Shown: positions 25,430 to 38,905, counted from the first letter of the whole stretch. The stretch: DNA of 63,613 bases, filler included, from Sphacelaria rigidula (GCA_964200075.2; 9 parts of 9 records of this genome joined end to end with filler, not necessarily neighbours in it); one strand, 5' to 3'. A program made the numbers and translations. The notes: generated by a model from the letters alone, not told the origin.

Positions 25430-25787
25430 GCCGGTCGCCCCGGTGGCTCAGTTGGTAACCTCGAAACCTTCTGACGGTTGGGTCGTGGGTTCAAACCTCG
25501 GAGCGATCTTGGATTTTCCCCACACCATGCCCAACAGTGGAGAGCGACTACGTCGTGGGTACACAAAATTCGACTTAACGCTCAACGAGGGAAAGGGACT
25601 GCTGAACCCCTCTCGCGATAAAAGAAGGGCAAGCAACGCGGAAGGAGGTGGTTACTAAAAACAAATAAAAACGAAAAAGCTCCAGTGTTGACCTTCCTCC
25701 TGTGTGACCCCGGCTGGTGCCCCTAGGTATACCGGAAGGTGTAGGCCAGCGTCCAGAATAGATGGGACGACAACACACCCACACACT
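25430..25787 (+). mobile_element. Full-length tRNA-derived SINE
   Basis: A-box TGGCTCAGTTGG (25444-25455), B-box GGTTCAAACC (25488-25497), an anticodon-like stem AACC-TTCTGAC-GGTT, an AC-rich tail, and multiple copies in the window. Confidence 0.85.
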
Positions 25788-26774
25788 GAGACATCCCAAT
25801 CCTAGTACTCGTTGGGGGTCTGATGCCTTTCAGTTCTTCTGCTGGCTCACCGACACAAAATACTGCCTCCAACATGGACTCGTAGCCTCAGGCCAAGTTC
25901 AGCACCTTTGACACAAGTACGTCACGTTTGTGCCAGGCGATCTTCATGGTAAACCATATCCAGGCGTCCCACAATCGTATCTTCTATCTTCTTTCCCCGC
26001 TGCTGTACTGGTTACTTTCCTCCAGGGAGGTCATTTTTACCGTGTAAGGCTCAAGGACGGCTTGCATAACACAAGGTCTTACTCACTTCGGGATATCCCG
26101 TACATCACTTTTCCACTCCGTGTACGATTTACCGTGGGTCGCTACCCCACTAATGTTTGCGAGTAGACCTTCGCTGCCGAAAGCTTGGCCAACGATTCCC
26201 CCACACTTTCTTCCACCCTGGGGACCGGTCCCAGTATACAAGAGCCTTTCGCATACGGGGAGCGGGGGGGTGGGGGGCGCTTGCAAGTGATGTATACTCT
26301 ACCGCTTGAACCATATTAAAGGCGTTGTCGGACTTCTAGAACTGGTTTTGGTCCATGTTTTGAGAGTATGATGCTGCTCTCGGAGTAAGGATATGCACTC
26401 TTTCCGAGGTATTGGTACATATGGACCGCGAGCGAGAAGTTGGAGTAATGTGGCGACTTTGAAAAACAATCACCAGTGAGGCGGCCGAGGTTGTTTCCCG
26501 CCTGGACGCCATGGCCCAGCATTATTTTCATCATTTATTAGTTTATTATTTATGCTTGGCATTTTGGATCCCTCCCCTTCCTCGGGACGAATCCGTGGTC
26601 GCAAGGGATCAACCCATCTCTTCTCCCTGGTACACGCCTTGCATTTTGGTCTCGCGGATTGGATCATGACTATCACCACTCCCGCACCGCGCCAACTCTC
26701 GTCAAACAAACTCAGTCGACCATTTCTTTGTTTGTTCACGTACTAACGTATTCGACAATGTAAGTCAGATACTT

Positions 26775-26860
26775 TGGAGAAAAAACCCAACGCATCGGAA
26801 TGCGAACCCTCATTTTCTGCACCCTAGTGGTGACAGTCGGACCATTACACCACAGGGGCG
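26775..26860 (-). pseudogene. Degenerate tRNA-like sequence (tRNA pseudogene or head of a second SINE family)
   Basis: The minus strand reads CGCCCCTGTGGTGTAATGG...GGGTTCGCATTCC (A and B boxes) but has no intact cloverleaf. Confidence 0.5.
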
Positions 26861-28126
26861 CGGCGGCAAGTTGTGCAGGGAAATAATGATGCAAGAAAAT
26901 ATCAGGTTGCCTCCCGAGTTCTCCATGAACATTGCATCACCTCTGCAGCTAGTGCAGCTAATTGCGGAGGCCCTCATACTGGGTTAATGATGTTTCTTTG
27001 GCCATTAGAGAGTTCCGTTTTTTTTATTGTCATCATAGAGTCAGATTGCAGAGTGGAAGCTTCGAAACTTCAGAGCGGACGTTCAAAAGGTCATAGCGAA
27101 AGCTGATGTGACATGGCTTGACCTGAGTTTTTTTTTGTCGCAGTGATTGGCCGCAGGTTGCCCCGCCAAATGTACGGTCGACCAGCGTCCAGTTCGAAAG
27201 CGCAGTAGCTGTTACAGGACTGACTGTACCGTATACTGCAGCACCGTACGCACCGTACACTACGCTTATTCACTGAACCTACCGTACTTCAATCCACTTC
27301 GGCGCACTGCAGGACACTGCAGTGCTGTAAAGTTGTGCAGCGTCGAGTGCAGACAAAACAGTACAAACAATGCAGTATAGAGAGCAATACAGGACCCTAC
27401 AACAGTGCATTGCGATACGGGGAACTACTGTACAGCGATACCGTACTGCACAGAGAGTCAGTGGTACGAACAGTAGTACAGTAGGGTACGCAGCACTTTC
27501 AAACAACGTACCTAGGCCGCATTGTGATTATGTTTCAACATGCCACCCACAGCGGTGGTGCAAGACGTCATGATGTCTAACGGGATGGGAATGCAGCCAG
27601 GTGTAGTATTGCTTTTGCGCTGTAGACTACAAATCGTTCCCACCGTCTTCTTCCAGCTGAAGCTGGCAAGAGTGAGGAACTGCACCCAAGGTAACGTGTA
27701 CCCGTCGAGCATTTGAAGTTTCACGCAACACAAGCAAGCGAATGCTGATACCATAGCGGGAGGTCTTCTGAATGCGATGCCAAGCTTTTATACTTCGTGA
27801 ATGGCCCATTGTGATGAGCATGGCAGTTGTGATGGATGATGAGTGTCCCACTTTGCTTGTTGGAGTGTATTGACTTTGGGCTGGACGTGACCATGCTGGT
27901 GAAGGTGGGCGTGGTTCTTTTTCGTTCGGCTATGAACTCTGAAGAGGAACAACGGTTTTCAGAGTGAAAAGGTGCAAACGGCACTATGGCTCTGAAAAAA
28001 TCGCTCTGAGAAAAAAATCAGACAGGAATATGCACCGTTACCGGCTATTTTTCCTTCCACTCTGACTCTAAGATGGGAAAAAAAAGTTTCCCGAAACTCT
28101 TTTTTGTGTAAATTTCTATGAGGCCA

Positions 28127-28220
28127 AGGGAGGGGGGGGGGCGGACTCGTTTGTTGCTTGCCTAAGTCATTTGACCATTAACCACGCATCCCTTTCGAGA
28201 CGGAACACCGTTCCTACCCC
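28127..28220 (-). mobile_element. 3' end of another copy of the LINE family
   Basis: TTTGTTGCTTGCCT.AGTC.TTTGACCATT matches 21241-21300 and is preceded by a G-tract. Confidence 0.8.
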
Positions 28221-31200
28221 NNNNNNNNNNNNNNNNNNNNNNNNNNNNNNNNNNNNNNNNNNNNTTAATTAATTAANNNNNNNNNNNNNNNNNNNNNNNN
28301 NNNNNNNNNNNNNNNNNNNNCTACAATGAGTTGCTTTATTCTGTGGTATCGCCACTTCCAGAGACAGCCTTGGCTTATTCACTGCCTCATGTGTGCCTTA
28401 CTGGTGGGGAGGGTAGGTATGTAAAGGGGAGGGCGTAGATATTTTATGGGATGTACCCATGATCTTGCAATGCCGTTGTCATAATACCATTGACCTCGCA
28501 TCCCTGCGAAGCCGGGACGGAGCACGCCGGGTTTCGCCGCACCAGGCTCACAATCATCAATGGTGAAGCGCCGTGGTGTGCTCGGCGAGACGCATGAAAG
28601 GTGAACTGCATCCTGCTAGAATTGTTCGGTCGTAAGTGATCTTATTATCTTGCATATGAATGACCGCCTCGAATGAATTGATTCATTTTCTGATATCAAC
28701 ACTTCCAGATACATAAAGCATTATATGTTCATACAGTCAACCACGTACCCAACGTGTGTCCCGACGAGGTTCAAGCACCCGTCAACAGTCTGGCTGAGGA
28801 TTGTGACGGCCAAAAAGTCAAAGCTCACAGTTCAGTCCAGAACCGGCCGTGGCCTGCATGCTTCGAACATATTTTAGTACACCTACAAAATGCGATCACA
28901 AGTTGGACTGCGAAAGGTAAACCTCACAGCCAAGACTCAGCCAGCCCTTGAAGGTAAGCACCTTGCAGTACATCCCCTCCCCACAAATCATCAAGCCTTC
29001 AACTACGAATGGTAAACCTCACGGCCCAGACACGACGCTTCTACACCTCCAACTATCACACGACAATTCCCGAAACCCATCGAGCCTTCAACTGCAAAAA
29101 GTAGAACTCGCAGGGCTGACTTATCTTGCATTCAAAACGACTAACATCTGGTCGAATGCACTACACTATTGAAACTTGCGTCAGCTCGGTGCTTGCGAAG
29201 ATGTCATTCGACAACCATGTGCAACCATGCGCTTCACATGCCAAACATTATCGTACGATTTCGTTACCAAGAGAAAGGATATTTGCCCGCCAAAGGAAAA
29301 CTCACACCAGACCCAACCCGGGGTCCCCAACATCATGTATAGCATATACCTCCTTCATAGGTAGGACTATCCGTCGAAATCCTATCAAGCCTCAGACCCC
29401 AAAAGTAAAACAGCCACGTTCAACATATATGGTCGCAAGATACCCATATGCACCCATTTACTCATAGTATACATCAAACCTTTCACAAATGGGAGGAACT
29501 TACCAACCAGATGTGATCCAGCGTTCCGTACGTGCAACGCCGTGTCATGTTCCTCTAGAATGTACCAGATATTTGGCTGACAAAAGTGAGCTTTGCAAAC
29601 CACACACAATCTTCGACTTCATACGCCAAGCGCGGGAGTTGCCCACCGAACCACTGAACAGAAAATGTTGCTGAGAAGAACAAAAAAACGAACATAACCT
29701 CTGCTGATGCATCCCCTTTTCTGGTTGCGCGCAACTCATTCTGGAAGAGCATTCACATAAAGGACCTTGCCCCCCCACGTCATGACGATCCCGTCGTGAC
29801 ATCAACGGTATAGTCCTTGCTCCCCAAGTCACACCTCCACCTCATGTTCAGTACCCGACCCAAAAATGTCACACGACAGCAGACAAAAACACATTGCCCT
29901 CACTCTGCCTGGCACCTAACCATGCGACACGGGGCAGCGGGAAACTCTCGCACCGCCAAAGGCACGCACACAGACGAAAAGATACAAAGATCCCCATACC
30001 ACTCCCCCCCTTGTCATCGCCATTACCATTTTTGATCTCATTATCACTACCATTACCATTGTCAGTATCACCAATACCATGGTCATTGTCACCCCTGTCC
30101 TTACCACTACCCACACCAAAATGGAATAACTCGAATATCATGCCCGACGTGACGCCTGTTAGCAACGCAGGCGTGCCAGCATGTAGAGGTCTGCCCCAGC
30201 CCCAGAAGATGCGCCTCGAGTACCTATCGAAGAAACATTACATCACCGGACAAGGGCGACAGCCATCATGGTGCATTGGGGTAAGGTTTGCTGGCTGCTG
30301 GGATGATATGTGACAAATAACGCTGCGGAAAACGACAGGCAGGGGGAAATGGAGCGTCCGCGACTAGCAATAACATGCCACCGTATCTTCAAGACGAGAA
30401 ACTAGTTCGCGGCCAACCGAATAACGACATGAATCAATTTGACATGATCCAAAAAATGCCGGGGAGTCAACAGGATGTCTTTTCATGAACAAGCACAGTC
30501 GGGAACCAAGACGGCAGGATGTTTTATTTTACATTTTGCGCACCATCTCACTTTGTGCGTGCATTGCGTACAACCACCGAAGCTAGCCCATCTCGCGTGG
30601 GCACCGCGGAAACCCGACGATACATCAGGCTTGTACACACCGAGACTTCCGGCTAGGCTCTGCTACCAGTCCGCCGGGTGAGCCTTGAGAGCGCCTGCAG
30701 CAGCAAGAGCGAGCCGTGGCACGAGGAAGACAGCCAGCGTGCTTCATTTAGCCGCCTTTTGGCGCGCCACAGAGCGCACTAGCAGCCAAAGGCGACGAGA
30801 AATTGTGCTCTTATCGCGACAGCTGTATCGATATACCGTGGAACTGCAACGCCAACGAGCCAAAGATATTGTACGTCAAGCCATCATGCGCAATTCATCT
30901 GTGGTTCCTCTTGCCCAAACCCAGTGTGTCGACATAACTCAACACGCCTTCCTGTACTCCGTGAAACGTCAGTGTCCTCTTCTAGAAAAAACAAAAACTC
31001 TGAGAACGCAACACAACGCATCTGTCCAGTTTTACAATAACGCTTACCGTCTCGTGCTGTCCACGCGTCGCACAATGCCGCGCACACTCGCCGAACGCCG
31101 ATCAGGCATGCACGTTAATTCACCCGCAGCCGCTGTTGAAAAGCGGCGTCAGCAGATGCTTGCAAGTGCGCGGGTATTCGCGTAGACCACGAGACCGCTG

Positions 31201-31557
31201 CTGTACCTGGATACCAAGACTGTCATCGCATTCCGCCCAACGGGTTAGACCGATTCTACCCGAGCTTGCCAAGGGGCGGGCCCCAAAGAACCCGAGTTCC
31301 CCTTGATAAAGAGGTGGCTATGTGGGGTAAGCTCTCTCATCTCCCTTTTGTAATTTCTGCGTCACTTTTTGTTTCTGTGGTCCATCGTCGCAATCTATGT
31401 ACTACTTTTGTGTTATGGTCGTGCAAGCATGAAACTTGAACTTGTACAATCCAATTAGGGCATCCACGGCATCTTTCTGCGGATGATCTTCTATACGAGA
31501 GATGTGTTCCGCTATGGCGATTTATGGAAGCCTCCTAACACCCGAAAACCTTCCCCA

Positions 31558-31913
31558 GCGGCTGGCTTGAGTCAGAGCCGTTCGGTGACCCTTCCTACAA
31601 CCCCGATCCTCCTCCACCGATCCTCCACCTCTTTTCTTCCCTTAGTTCCACCCTCCCCCCCCCTAAACTTCCTCCCTCCTTCCCATGTACTGCTACCCCC
31701 TTCCATTGTATCCCCCCCTTCCTTCCCCCGTCGACACTTCCCTCCTCCCCCCGTCTCAATCTTCCTTTCCCCGTGCTTCCATCCCGAGCCGTCAAACGTA
31801 CTGCCACCCTCCTCCTTCTGGTATTTTCCACCCTCCTCCTGTCCGCCGGCCCTATCTTCCTTTCCCCCGACACCCCCCCATCCACCACCATTGAGCTGAC
31901 TCAAGCCAGCCGC
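31558..31913. repeat. CT-rich tract bounded by a perfect 18-bp inverted repeat
   Basis: GCGGCTGGCTTGAGTCAG (31558-31575) / CTGACTCAAGCCAGCCGC (31896-31913). Confidence 0.65.
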
Positions 31914-34194
31914 ATCATACCCCATTCTCAAACAAACGTCCCCATGTCAAACAAAACATGAGCGACTGCTCTAAGCCAAACCGCGGCCACCACGCATACA
32001 GGTATCGACAAGTTGCTAGGCACACTCCCACACCCGCTCACAGTTGCCACATAAAGGAAACCCGGAAAACAAACCAGCCCAATCGGGGTGTTCGAGCTGA
32101 CATGTTGTCCTCAGAAGGTCATCACGACGGCACTACAGACATTCGCGACGATGGATCACAGCAACGAAAGTGGCACATGCATCAAGGAGTTGGGAGAGAG
32201 ACGCTACCGCCCCACACAACCAACCCTTCATCACCCGAGGGGAAACGGTGCGCACAAGGCCGCACCCCCGAGGCGGAAAGCTGGAGAAGAATCAACTAAA
32301 CCTAGACAAGGCTGCGACGGCGGCTTGACCAGTAATTCAGGACAACTTGTCTGTGCGTGAAGGACGAAGTAGGGCCGCATGCTGCACAACGTTGATCTCT
32401 CGTTCTCTCATGCCCCGTACCTCGTCTGGCTGCAGAAGCTCACGACCCCGCGACGTTGCTGGTGACAAGCAGCACATCGGGACGACACCGACAAGTTACG
32501 AAAGACGGACTAAACGATGGGGATACGGTGGATATTTCTACCAGAAAGACTATAGCAGCGGTTGATGGGCTGCTCGAAGTGCAACCACGGACCACCAGTC
32601 GGCGAAATCCGACCAGTACCCCGGCACCGTCTGCAGCAGCCTTGGAACAACATCGCCGTTGATACCATGGAGGAGGGGCATTAAGGCCAGCAAACAGACA
32701 TTCCACGGGTCCTGGTCTTACTTGCATCTTCGTTTAGCTGTGAATGATGTGTTCTGGACTCTCGACATAACACCCACGATGTGAAGACATGCACCCAACA
32801 CCGATTTACTACTTGTGACAGCCCCCGATGTCAGCCAAGTCCTACATGTCAAGGCTACAACAGCACAACATCAAACGTAGGCTACCTCTCAGCCCGTGAC
32901 GACTTTCGAATCGCATGCTCCAGGTTGCTCGCTGAGCCGACTGCCGTAACCACGCAGGACGAAACCGTTACTGCAGTGCAAAAAATGTGAAAGAGACATA
33001 TTAAGCCGAGAGAGACTTCCACGGTTAGGTAGGCCGTACCCTTTCGACAGCAGTTGGTGCAATATGTAAACTGAGATCAAATCCGACTGGAATTACAGTG
33101 GAGACGCCCATTCCGAGGCGATAATTGTCGCATGGATGCTTCAGTCACTGCGTCACGATCGCATGTACACCCGATTTGTCCAGTTCGATGTATTACAAGC
33201 AGCTGATCAAACATCTCACCCCGTAAAACGGGCCTACGCTATTAGATTCATGAGAGTTGACGTAACTTTTGCCTTAACCGGGTTGATTCCCGTGTTGCAA
33301 ACACCACATAAAGGTTCGACCAAAGATCCATGACCAATTCATGCGCAAGATGGCAAATTTTGTGGTTGGCGTTGCTGCTGCCTTGGTTCCTCGTGTTTCT
33401 ATGTTTCTCAAGACACCATCGAGAGTCGTACTTGGATGAATTACACTTATGAGTATTGCGGGGGCACGGCGTACGAGCTTGACGGATGCGTGTTCCTGTA
33501 ATGCTTCCAGCGTGTTCATTTCATTCTAGTCCGGCAGAAAATGGAAAGTACGTCGGGTAACAGCCCCCTGGGTGATGGGTGTTTGGGAAAGGGACACGTC
33601 AATTCCTTCCCCTGAACACGAGTGAAGAGCATGAATCGATAGGATAGGATATGTGCGTTCCAGTCATGGTATCACATTTGCAGGCGCAACGCGGTTCGAG
33701 TTGAACCAAGAAAAGACACACGTGATTCCTCGAGGTCATGTGAACTGCTAGACATGAGACAAATATCCCCAACAGGGGCATCGTTGCCCCGAATTCTAAC
33801 AACAATCGGCGAACCAGTATTTCTCTTTCCTAAAATGGCACATTGTGAGCTGAGCAGCACGGAGTACACGCAAAGAAGGCTTCATACACGGCGACCTGCT
33901 TCGGCGGATCCAACGTGATCGATACCACAACAGATAATTCAACTCTTCAGCAACCCAACGCACGCGCGACCACATTTTAAACCCCTCCGGGAGCATCGAC
34001 GCGTGAAACAGGAAGGTGTGACGCCGGCCAAGTGACAAAGCCTCGCCGAAGTCAGGGTCCTGGCAAAGGCGCTTGCAGGGTCCATTTGGGTTGGGCTGGC
34101 ATGCACCCACACCACTTGCACGAATATTAATTCAAAGAGAATTGCTCAAGAAACCGTTAATAGGTCCCCTTGCCTACGCCACAGCTTATCTCAC

Positions 34195-34273
34195 GCATGC
34201 AGGTTCAACCTCCTTGACCAAGAAGTAAAACCCGACCCCACACTCAACCGCAGGCGACGAGTACGGCAAGACC
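34195..34273 (-). CDS. Candidate second exon of the same gene
   Basis: TTTTTCGGCAG acceptor and GTGAGA donor around in-phase (R)VLPYSSPAVECGVGFYFLVKEVEPAC. Confidence 0.25.
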
Positions 34274-34549
34274 CTGCCGAAAAACGCACCGTGATGCGTA
34301 TTGACAAATCGAATAAGGCGTTGCTGATCATGACAGGTGTGTCAGCTCACACAGCGCCGGAGTTGCCGAGAGACTCGCGCTCTAACAGCAGTCGCAAAAA
34401 CAAGCGACATGCATTCGACAGCACAAAATCATAGAACTTCCCGGTGTTGTAGGCTGGGAACAGTTCCAGGTGTACACTTCTTTCCCCTACCTTGCCCCAA
34501 CAACTTTTCATGTAACAAGAGCCTATATCTAGTGTGGAACAGCACTTAC

Positions 34550-34698
34550 CGGCCGCCTCGCACGTCCCTTGCGTGCTCTAGCAACCCGTGCATGACCGCC
34601 GCGTCGACCGTGCGCCGATTGGCACCGCCGGGCTGTTTGCGCGTGCCTAGCCAAGGGAAACTCGCGAAATCGCTTCCTCGCTCATGCTGCCGCTCCAT
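34550..34698 (-). CDS. Candidate first exon of an unidentified gene
   Basis: ATG and an open GC-rich frame (MERQHERGSDFASFPWLG...RDVRGG) ending at a consensus GTAAGT donor. The phase matches 34195-34273. No homology recognised. Confidence 0.3.
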
Positions 34699-35039
34699 AG
34701 CTTCATCCAGCACAGAAAAAATGCTTAAGCGCAACAACGCAACGAGCAAAAATATTTTTTCGAAAAAGCGAAAAAGATAAGTTCTTCTGGTGCAGAAACA
34801 AACATATCACCCAACCCAAAACGTTCTGCGAATCAGTGAACCCGGCTCCTCATAGAGATGTGCTGCTGACGGAATATGGGTCATGATCTACTACACCTGC
34901 CGAGACGCTTGCTTCCTGCTGTATCTCAAAAACCCTTGTACAAATTATATTCTACATGGAGTCTTCCAAAGGCACCGTCGGTAAGGCAGGTACCCGGTAC
35001 CGGTACTTGGGACATCACATACCGTACCGATACCGGTCC

Positions 35040-35299
35040 AATCCGGTATTTTCAAATGTCATACCTACGATACCTGCGATACCACGGTATTTCGAAATTT
35101 CAATACCTACCGTACCCGCTCAATCCGGTATTTTCAAATGTCATACCTACGATACCTGCGATACCACGGTATTTCGAAATTTCAACACCTACCGTACCCG
35201 CTCAATCCGGTATTTTCAAAACTCATACCTACGATACCACGGTATTTCGAGATTTCAATACTTACCCTACCGGCCCAATCCGGTATCTTCAATGCCCAT
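35040..35299. repeat. 82-bp tandem repeat (two related ~41-bp halves), about 3.3 copies, running into the contig end
   Basis: AATCCGGTAT at 35040, 35122, 35204 and 35277. Confidence 0.9.
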
Positions 35300-37421
35300 N
35301 NNNNNNNNNNNNNNNNNNNNNNNNNNNNNNNNNNNNNNNNNNNTTAATTAATTAANNNNNNNNNNNNNNNNNNNNNNNNNNNNNNNNNNNNNNNNNNNNA
35401 TGATTGATCGCAGATGAATTTTATTTCAATATTTGTCAAGAGGATTCAAATATCTCCGGATGCCCATTTTTTTTACATCCAACAGTCCCTGTGATGAGTG
35501 GGACCAAGCAAAAAAAATTGGACAATCTTTGAGAAACTAAGGAATTACGGATTCTGCATACTTCTGACGCTGACTACTGTACATGGCCGAAGTGGAAGTG
35601 AGGTAATCACCGAAATATTCGCGTGCAAAGCCTGTGCGGCCGTACTCCGAGCTGATAACGCTAGAAGAACACCAGTGTAACGGCCAGTTTGGCTGCCGGC
35701 CTGTTTGCAGGGCTGTCCCGGTAGTGATGGGACTGTCTGTACCGGGATGTCGCCCCCAGTGCCAGGTACGCCGGCAAGGGTCTGAGGCACTACCCAATGG
35801 TCGCGCGACAGGAGCTTAGTCTTCGACTGTCGAGATATTTGAAGCGGAAATGTTCAGCGGACCATAAACGACGCTTGTTTGCTGGGTTTCTTCGAGCGTT
35901 CGTCCATAACTGGGTGAAGATTGATGATGAGGCCGGCAGAATTCGTCGCAGCCTGCGTGGACAACTGTCACTGTACCCACCCTATCTAGCCATCATCAGG
36001 CAGCAGGGTGTTGAAAAAATGAAATGCCACGCACCGTGGGTATCCACCGTATCAATGCACACCAGGCCATCCATCAGCGACTTCCCCCTGCTGCAGCTGT
36101 GACTGTGACCCCTCCCTCTAATACCAATCTGCACATTCTTCAGCGTTCTTCACCATGCTTTTGTGTATTGTTATGTTCGCATAAATGGGACACACCTTAC
36201 GCAGATATGACCGTGTTAGAGGCTTCACGTCAAAACTAAATGATGAAGGATTTCAGATCATTCGACTTGTGTTTGCTGCTGACTAGGTCAAGGCAATGTC
36301 CAGATGTTTTCAACTGCTTTGCTCCCATGTTCTCGTGACATTCGCTGCATAACCGCCGTCTTCGTGTTCCCAAATCATCGAGAACGCAAATAAAATCACG
36401 GTGCGAAAAATACCCCGCCATGAGCGGGCTTTTGTGGTCATTGTGTGAAGTTTTTCACGATCTTGAGGAAGGCTTGTGTGGTTCGGGATCGGCACCCCGC
36501 GAAATAGAGCCAGTGTGGGCGACTTTCGATGGCTAGACACGCGCCACGGGTATCACATGACACCTAAACCTCACAGGTAATGTACCGCTGCACCTTCTTC
36601 GTGCACTGCGAAACAAAGCGCGGTATAAGATGCCTTGCCGTCGGAGAAAACTCGGCAAAAGTGGTGAAAATAGCGAAATGATACATGTACATATATTGTC
36701 GCACTCTAATACCCTTTCCTTCCTCGGGACGAGGCCGTCGTCTCAAGGAATCAACTCATCTCTCCCCGGTATGTATATATGCAATAGCGTGCAATTGGTG
36801 AAGTACGCCATAAGCGCTGTTTGCGCTTCAAAGTATGCAGCCTTACCCTTCGAGGGTAACTGTAGTACCCGTGTCTTCTCTCCGGAATAATCATGCTACT
36901 TGCTTCATACTGCCATGTACTAAAGAAGGTTCTCACGATGATCTCCGGTGCCGTGATCAGACCAGATCGCCATCAGGTACAACGTACGGGATTTTTTTCC
37001 CCCCTTCGTCTGCGACTGCCTTCGTACCTCCTGCGGTAAGAGCGCACGGCGGGGAAACATGCGGCAACTACTCTACAAAATCGATCCTTAACCAGCGTAT
37101 ATGACGTTCACGAACACGACGACCGACGACCTCGCATCTTATACCCGAGAACTACTCACGAGCCCCTCCCCACTCCGCATCAACAGTGTGGACACGCAAC
37201 TGCCATTGTCAAGGTAGAGCGCAGTCTGGTCCGAATGATGAGCTCTTTGGCGCTCGTCCTCGATTATCTTGGTCGGAACATGAAGTAATTAAATTGTGAG
37301 TTGGCGTTCATGCAGTCATGAATTGGCCTTCACAAACTATAATATAACTAGAATCAACTGCTTTGGTGGAAACGCCCCCGCTCCACCATTCCTCCATCTC
37401 TCCGTCTCCTCCCCACCCCAG

Positions 37422-37617
37422 ATACTATGACGGCACAATCTTCCATCGGGTGATCAAGGACTTCATGGTGCAGGGCGGGGATCCCACCGGCACAGGACGG
37501 GGCGGCGAATCTTGCTACGGAGGAAAATTCGAAGATGAGATACGACGAGATCTAAAGCACACGGGAGCCGGCGTGGTGTCCATGGCCAACGCTGGACCAA
37601 ACACAAACGGATCTCAG
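37422..37617 (+). CDS. PPIL1: Cyclophilin-type peptidyl-prolyl isomerase (PPIL1-like), internal exon; join 37422-37617, 38407-38484, 40324-40449
   Basis: CAG acceptor and GTTGGT donor around [30 protein letters not shown]...[13 protein letters not shown]. Confidence 0.93.
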
Positions 37618-38406
37618 GTTGGTTGGGGCTAAATATGGGAATGTAGAACTGAACGTGTAGTTTCCCGTTGTCGACACCGTGACGTGAACATCAGAGAAAA
37701 TAATTCTGATGATATTTAACGGGGTACGGCAGTGCTGGTCTAATCCGCGGTACCAAAAAGTAAGGCGTGCACCGGAGGGGCGATGGGTTGGTCCCTTCAG
37801 ACTACGGACTCGTCGCGACGGAGAGAAGGGGTTGAATGTATGACGGAAGGATGAGAAGGGGGAACAGACGCAAGCCAGGGGTGTACATTTGATACTTCAA
37901 GTTACAGCTCACTGCGCTCACGGGGAGTTGTATACGAAGTACGTGGTACATAATTCAAGTCTTTTCAGTAGATGCCCAACATGTGAGAATTTCCGCTTGA
38001 GCTTCAACTAGTGCTTGCGTCAAATTGAAACGTCAGGGTGGATCTGCTGACGACGATGTATATGACGTAGTTGCAGTGGCCGCCGTCGTGGTTGCGACCA
38101 TCGAATTGATTATCACAGAGCATCGGATAAAACTCTATGCACGCTTGACGCGCTGGCCTCGCGCTGCATTCGCCTCCAATCACTCACGCCCCTTGAGCCA
38201 CAAGCAATGTCGGACCATCCATCTGATCTCCCCAACAGCTTCGTCCAGCCCACGTACCTTCTTACCCATGCAATCGTCCCCCTAATCCCAAGCAGCTTGA
38301 TCTGAAGCAATCCACACTAAGCTAATCTCCGAGCCACCGAACCTCATGTGAACCAAGAAAAAGCATTCAACGGCCCCTGCACATCTCTTCTCGCTGCGCC
38401 CTACAG

Positions 38407-38484
38407 TTTTTTTTGACACTGGGCCCGACACCATGGCTGGACGGCAAACACACAATCTTCGGGAGGATATCGTCAGGAATGAAG
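38407..38484 (+). CDS. PPIL1: PPIL1-like cyclophilin, next exon
   Basis: CAG and GTGCGT boundaries in phase 0 around [26 protein letters not shown]. Confidence 0.92.
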
Positions 38485-38905
38485 GTGCGTTGCAGTTTTC
38501 TTGTTGCATCGCCGTGTTGGTCTTTTGTACAGATTCCTGGCCGCAAGGCAGCGCTCTTCCTGCGGCGCTGCCGTAGGCACGTGCTGCCGCGTGAGTGACA
38601 GCCCAGACGCTGAAGGACACCAGAAATGTCGTTGTACGCGTGCGTCATGGAAATGCCACCCTGAGCCGGCAAATCCGCCTTCAATAGGCAGTCCAGCCAC
38701 TAAGAGACCGATCGCACGTGAATTGTCCTCGGGCGGACAGCATCTGGGAAGAACTGATGTACATCCGCTGGTACACAACGCGCTTCTGCGGAAATGTTCG
38801 TGATGGTGGGGCCGGTGCCAGGCAAACCAGCTCGGATCGACTTGCGTCGCACCACCAAAACTAGCAATGGTGCAATGTGACGAATGTGTCTGGGTAACAT
38901 ACAAA

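Noticed and set aside
25430..25510. Functional tRNA gene (CTG-like anticodon)
   Set aside because: The cloverleaf is imperfect and is fused to a repeated body with an AC tail, so it is a SINE head.
29990..30120. Pro/Leu- or Gly/Asn-rich ORFs
   Set aside because: They are translations of a degenerate hexanucleotide low-complexity tract.
36236..36421. Fanzor/TnpB-like zinc finger (VLDDLGTRRRRLCSECHENM)
   Set aside because: There is no RuvC-I DPG motif, second CxxC or RD.NAA motif nearby, so it is probably a chance match.
34698..37422. Head-to-head promoter between the candidate minus-strand gene and the cyclophilin
   Set aside because: The two are separated by a linker and lie on different contigs.
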